This document shows positions 63,961-64,000 of a stretch of 64,000 nt of DNA, piece by piece. A program made the translations under genes and the position numbers. Position 1 is the stretch's first letter; each line of letters opens with the position of its first letter. The DNA is from the human T2T-CHM13v2.0 reference genome, Homo sapiens, in assembly GCF_009914755.1 (NCBI RefSeq), contig NC_060935.1; one strand, given 5' to 3'. Below the pieces are notes generated by a model that did not search any database, was not told the origin of the DNA, and worked only from the letters and a program-made list of their open reading frames with translations.

Positions 63961-64000
63961 TTTAAATCTCACAATACCTCTATGGGATGAGTATTACTTG

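Overview
Human genomic DNA (it carries the human-specific AluYa5 and AluYb8), AT-rich and mostly transposon-derived. I find no host protein-coding exon or RNA gene: the ORFs with recognisable homology are LINE-1, ERVL, MaLR or Alu remnants, and the rest look like chance or low-complexity frames. Main elements: a near-full-length, inactivated L1PA2/3 (41.3-46.8 kb), a 5'-intact but internally deleted L1MA2-like copy (54.3-61.3 kb), nested older L1M blocks, a complete MSTA provirus (4.2-6.6 kb), a decayed ERVL pro/pol (20-22 kb), about 10 Alu/FLAM copies, and MIR, L2, MER and Tigger fossils. I cannot support a new biological system. The most unusual signals are small fossil events: (1) a polyadenylated 68-nt ERV-LTR transcript end with its own TSD inside an L1 5'UTR; (2) a 20-bp insertion in a FLAM that exactly matches the MST internal region 2.3 kb away; (3) a probable 31-nt L1 3' transduction; (4) an Alu that reused an L1's nick site and split its TSD; (5) a 56-bp near-perfect palindrome next to a 290-bp polypurine tract; (6) a 78-bp non-tandem duplication of unique-looking sequence. 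Subfamily names come from recalled consensus sequences, and boundaries of old elements are approximate.
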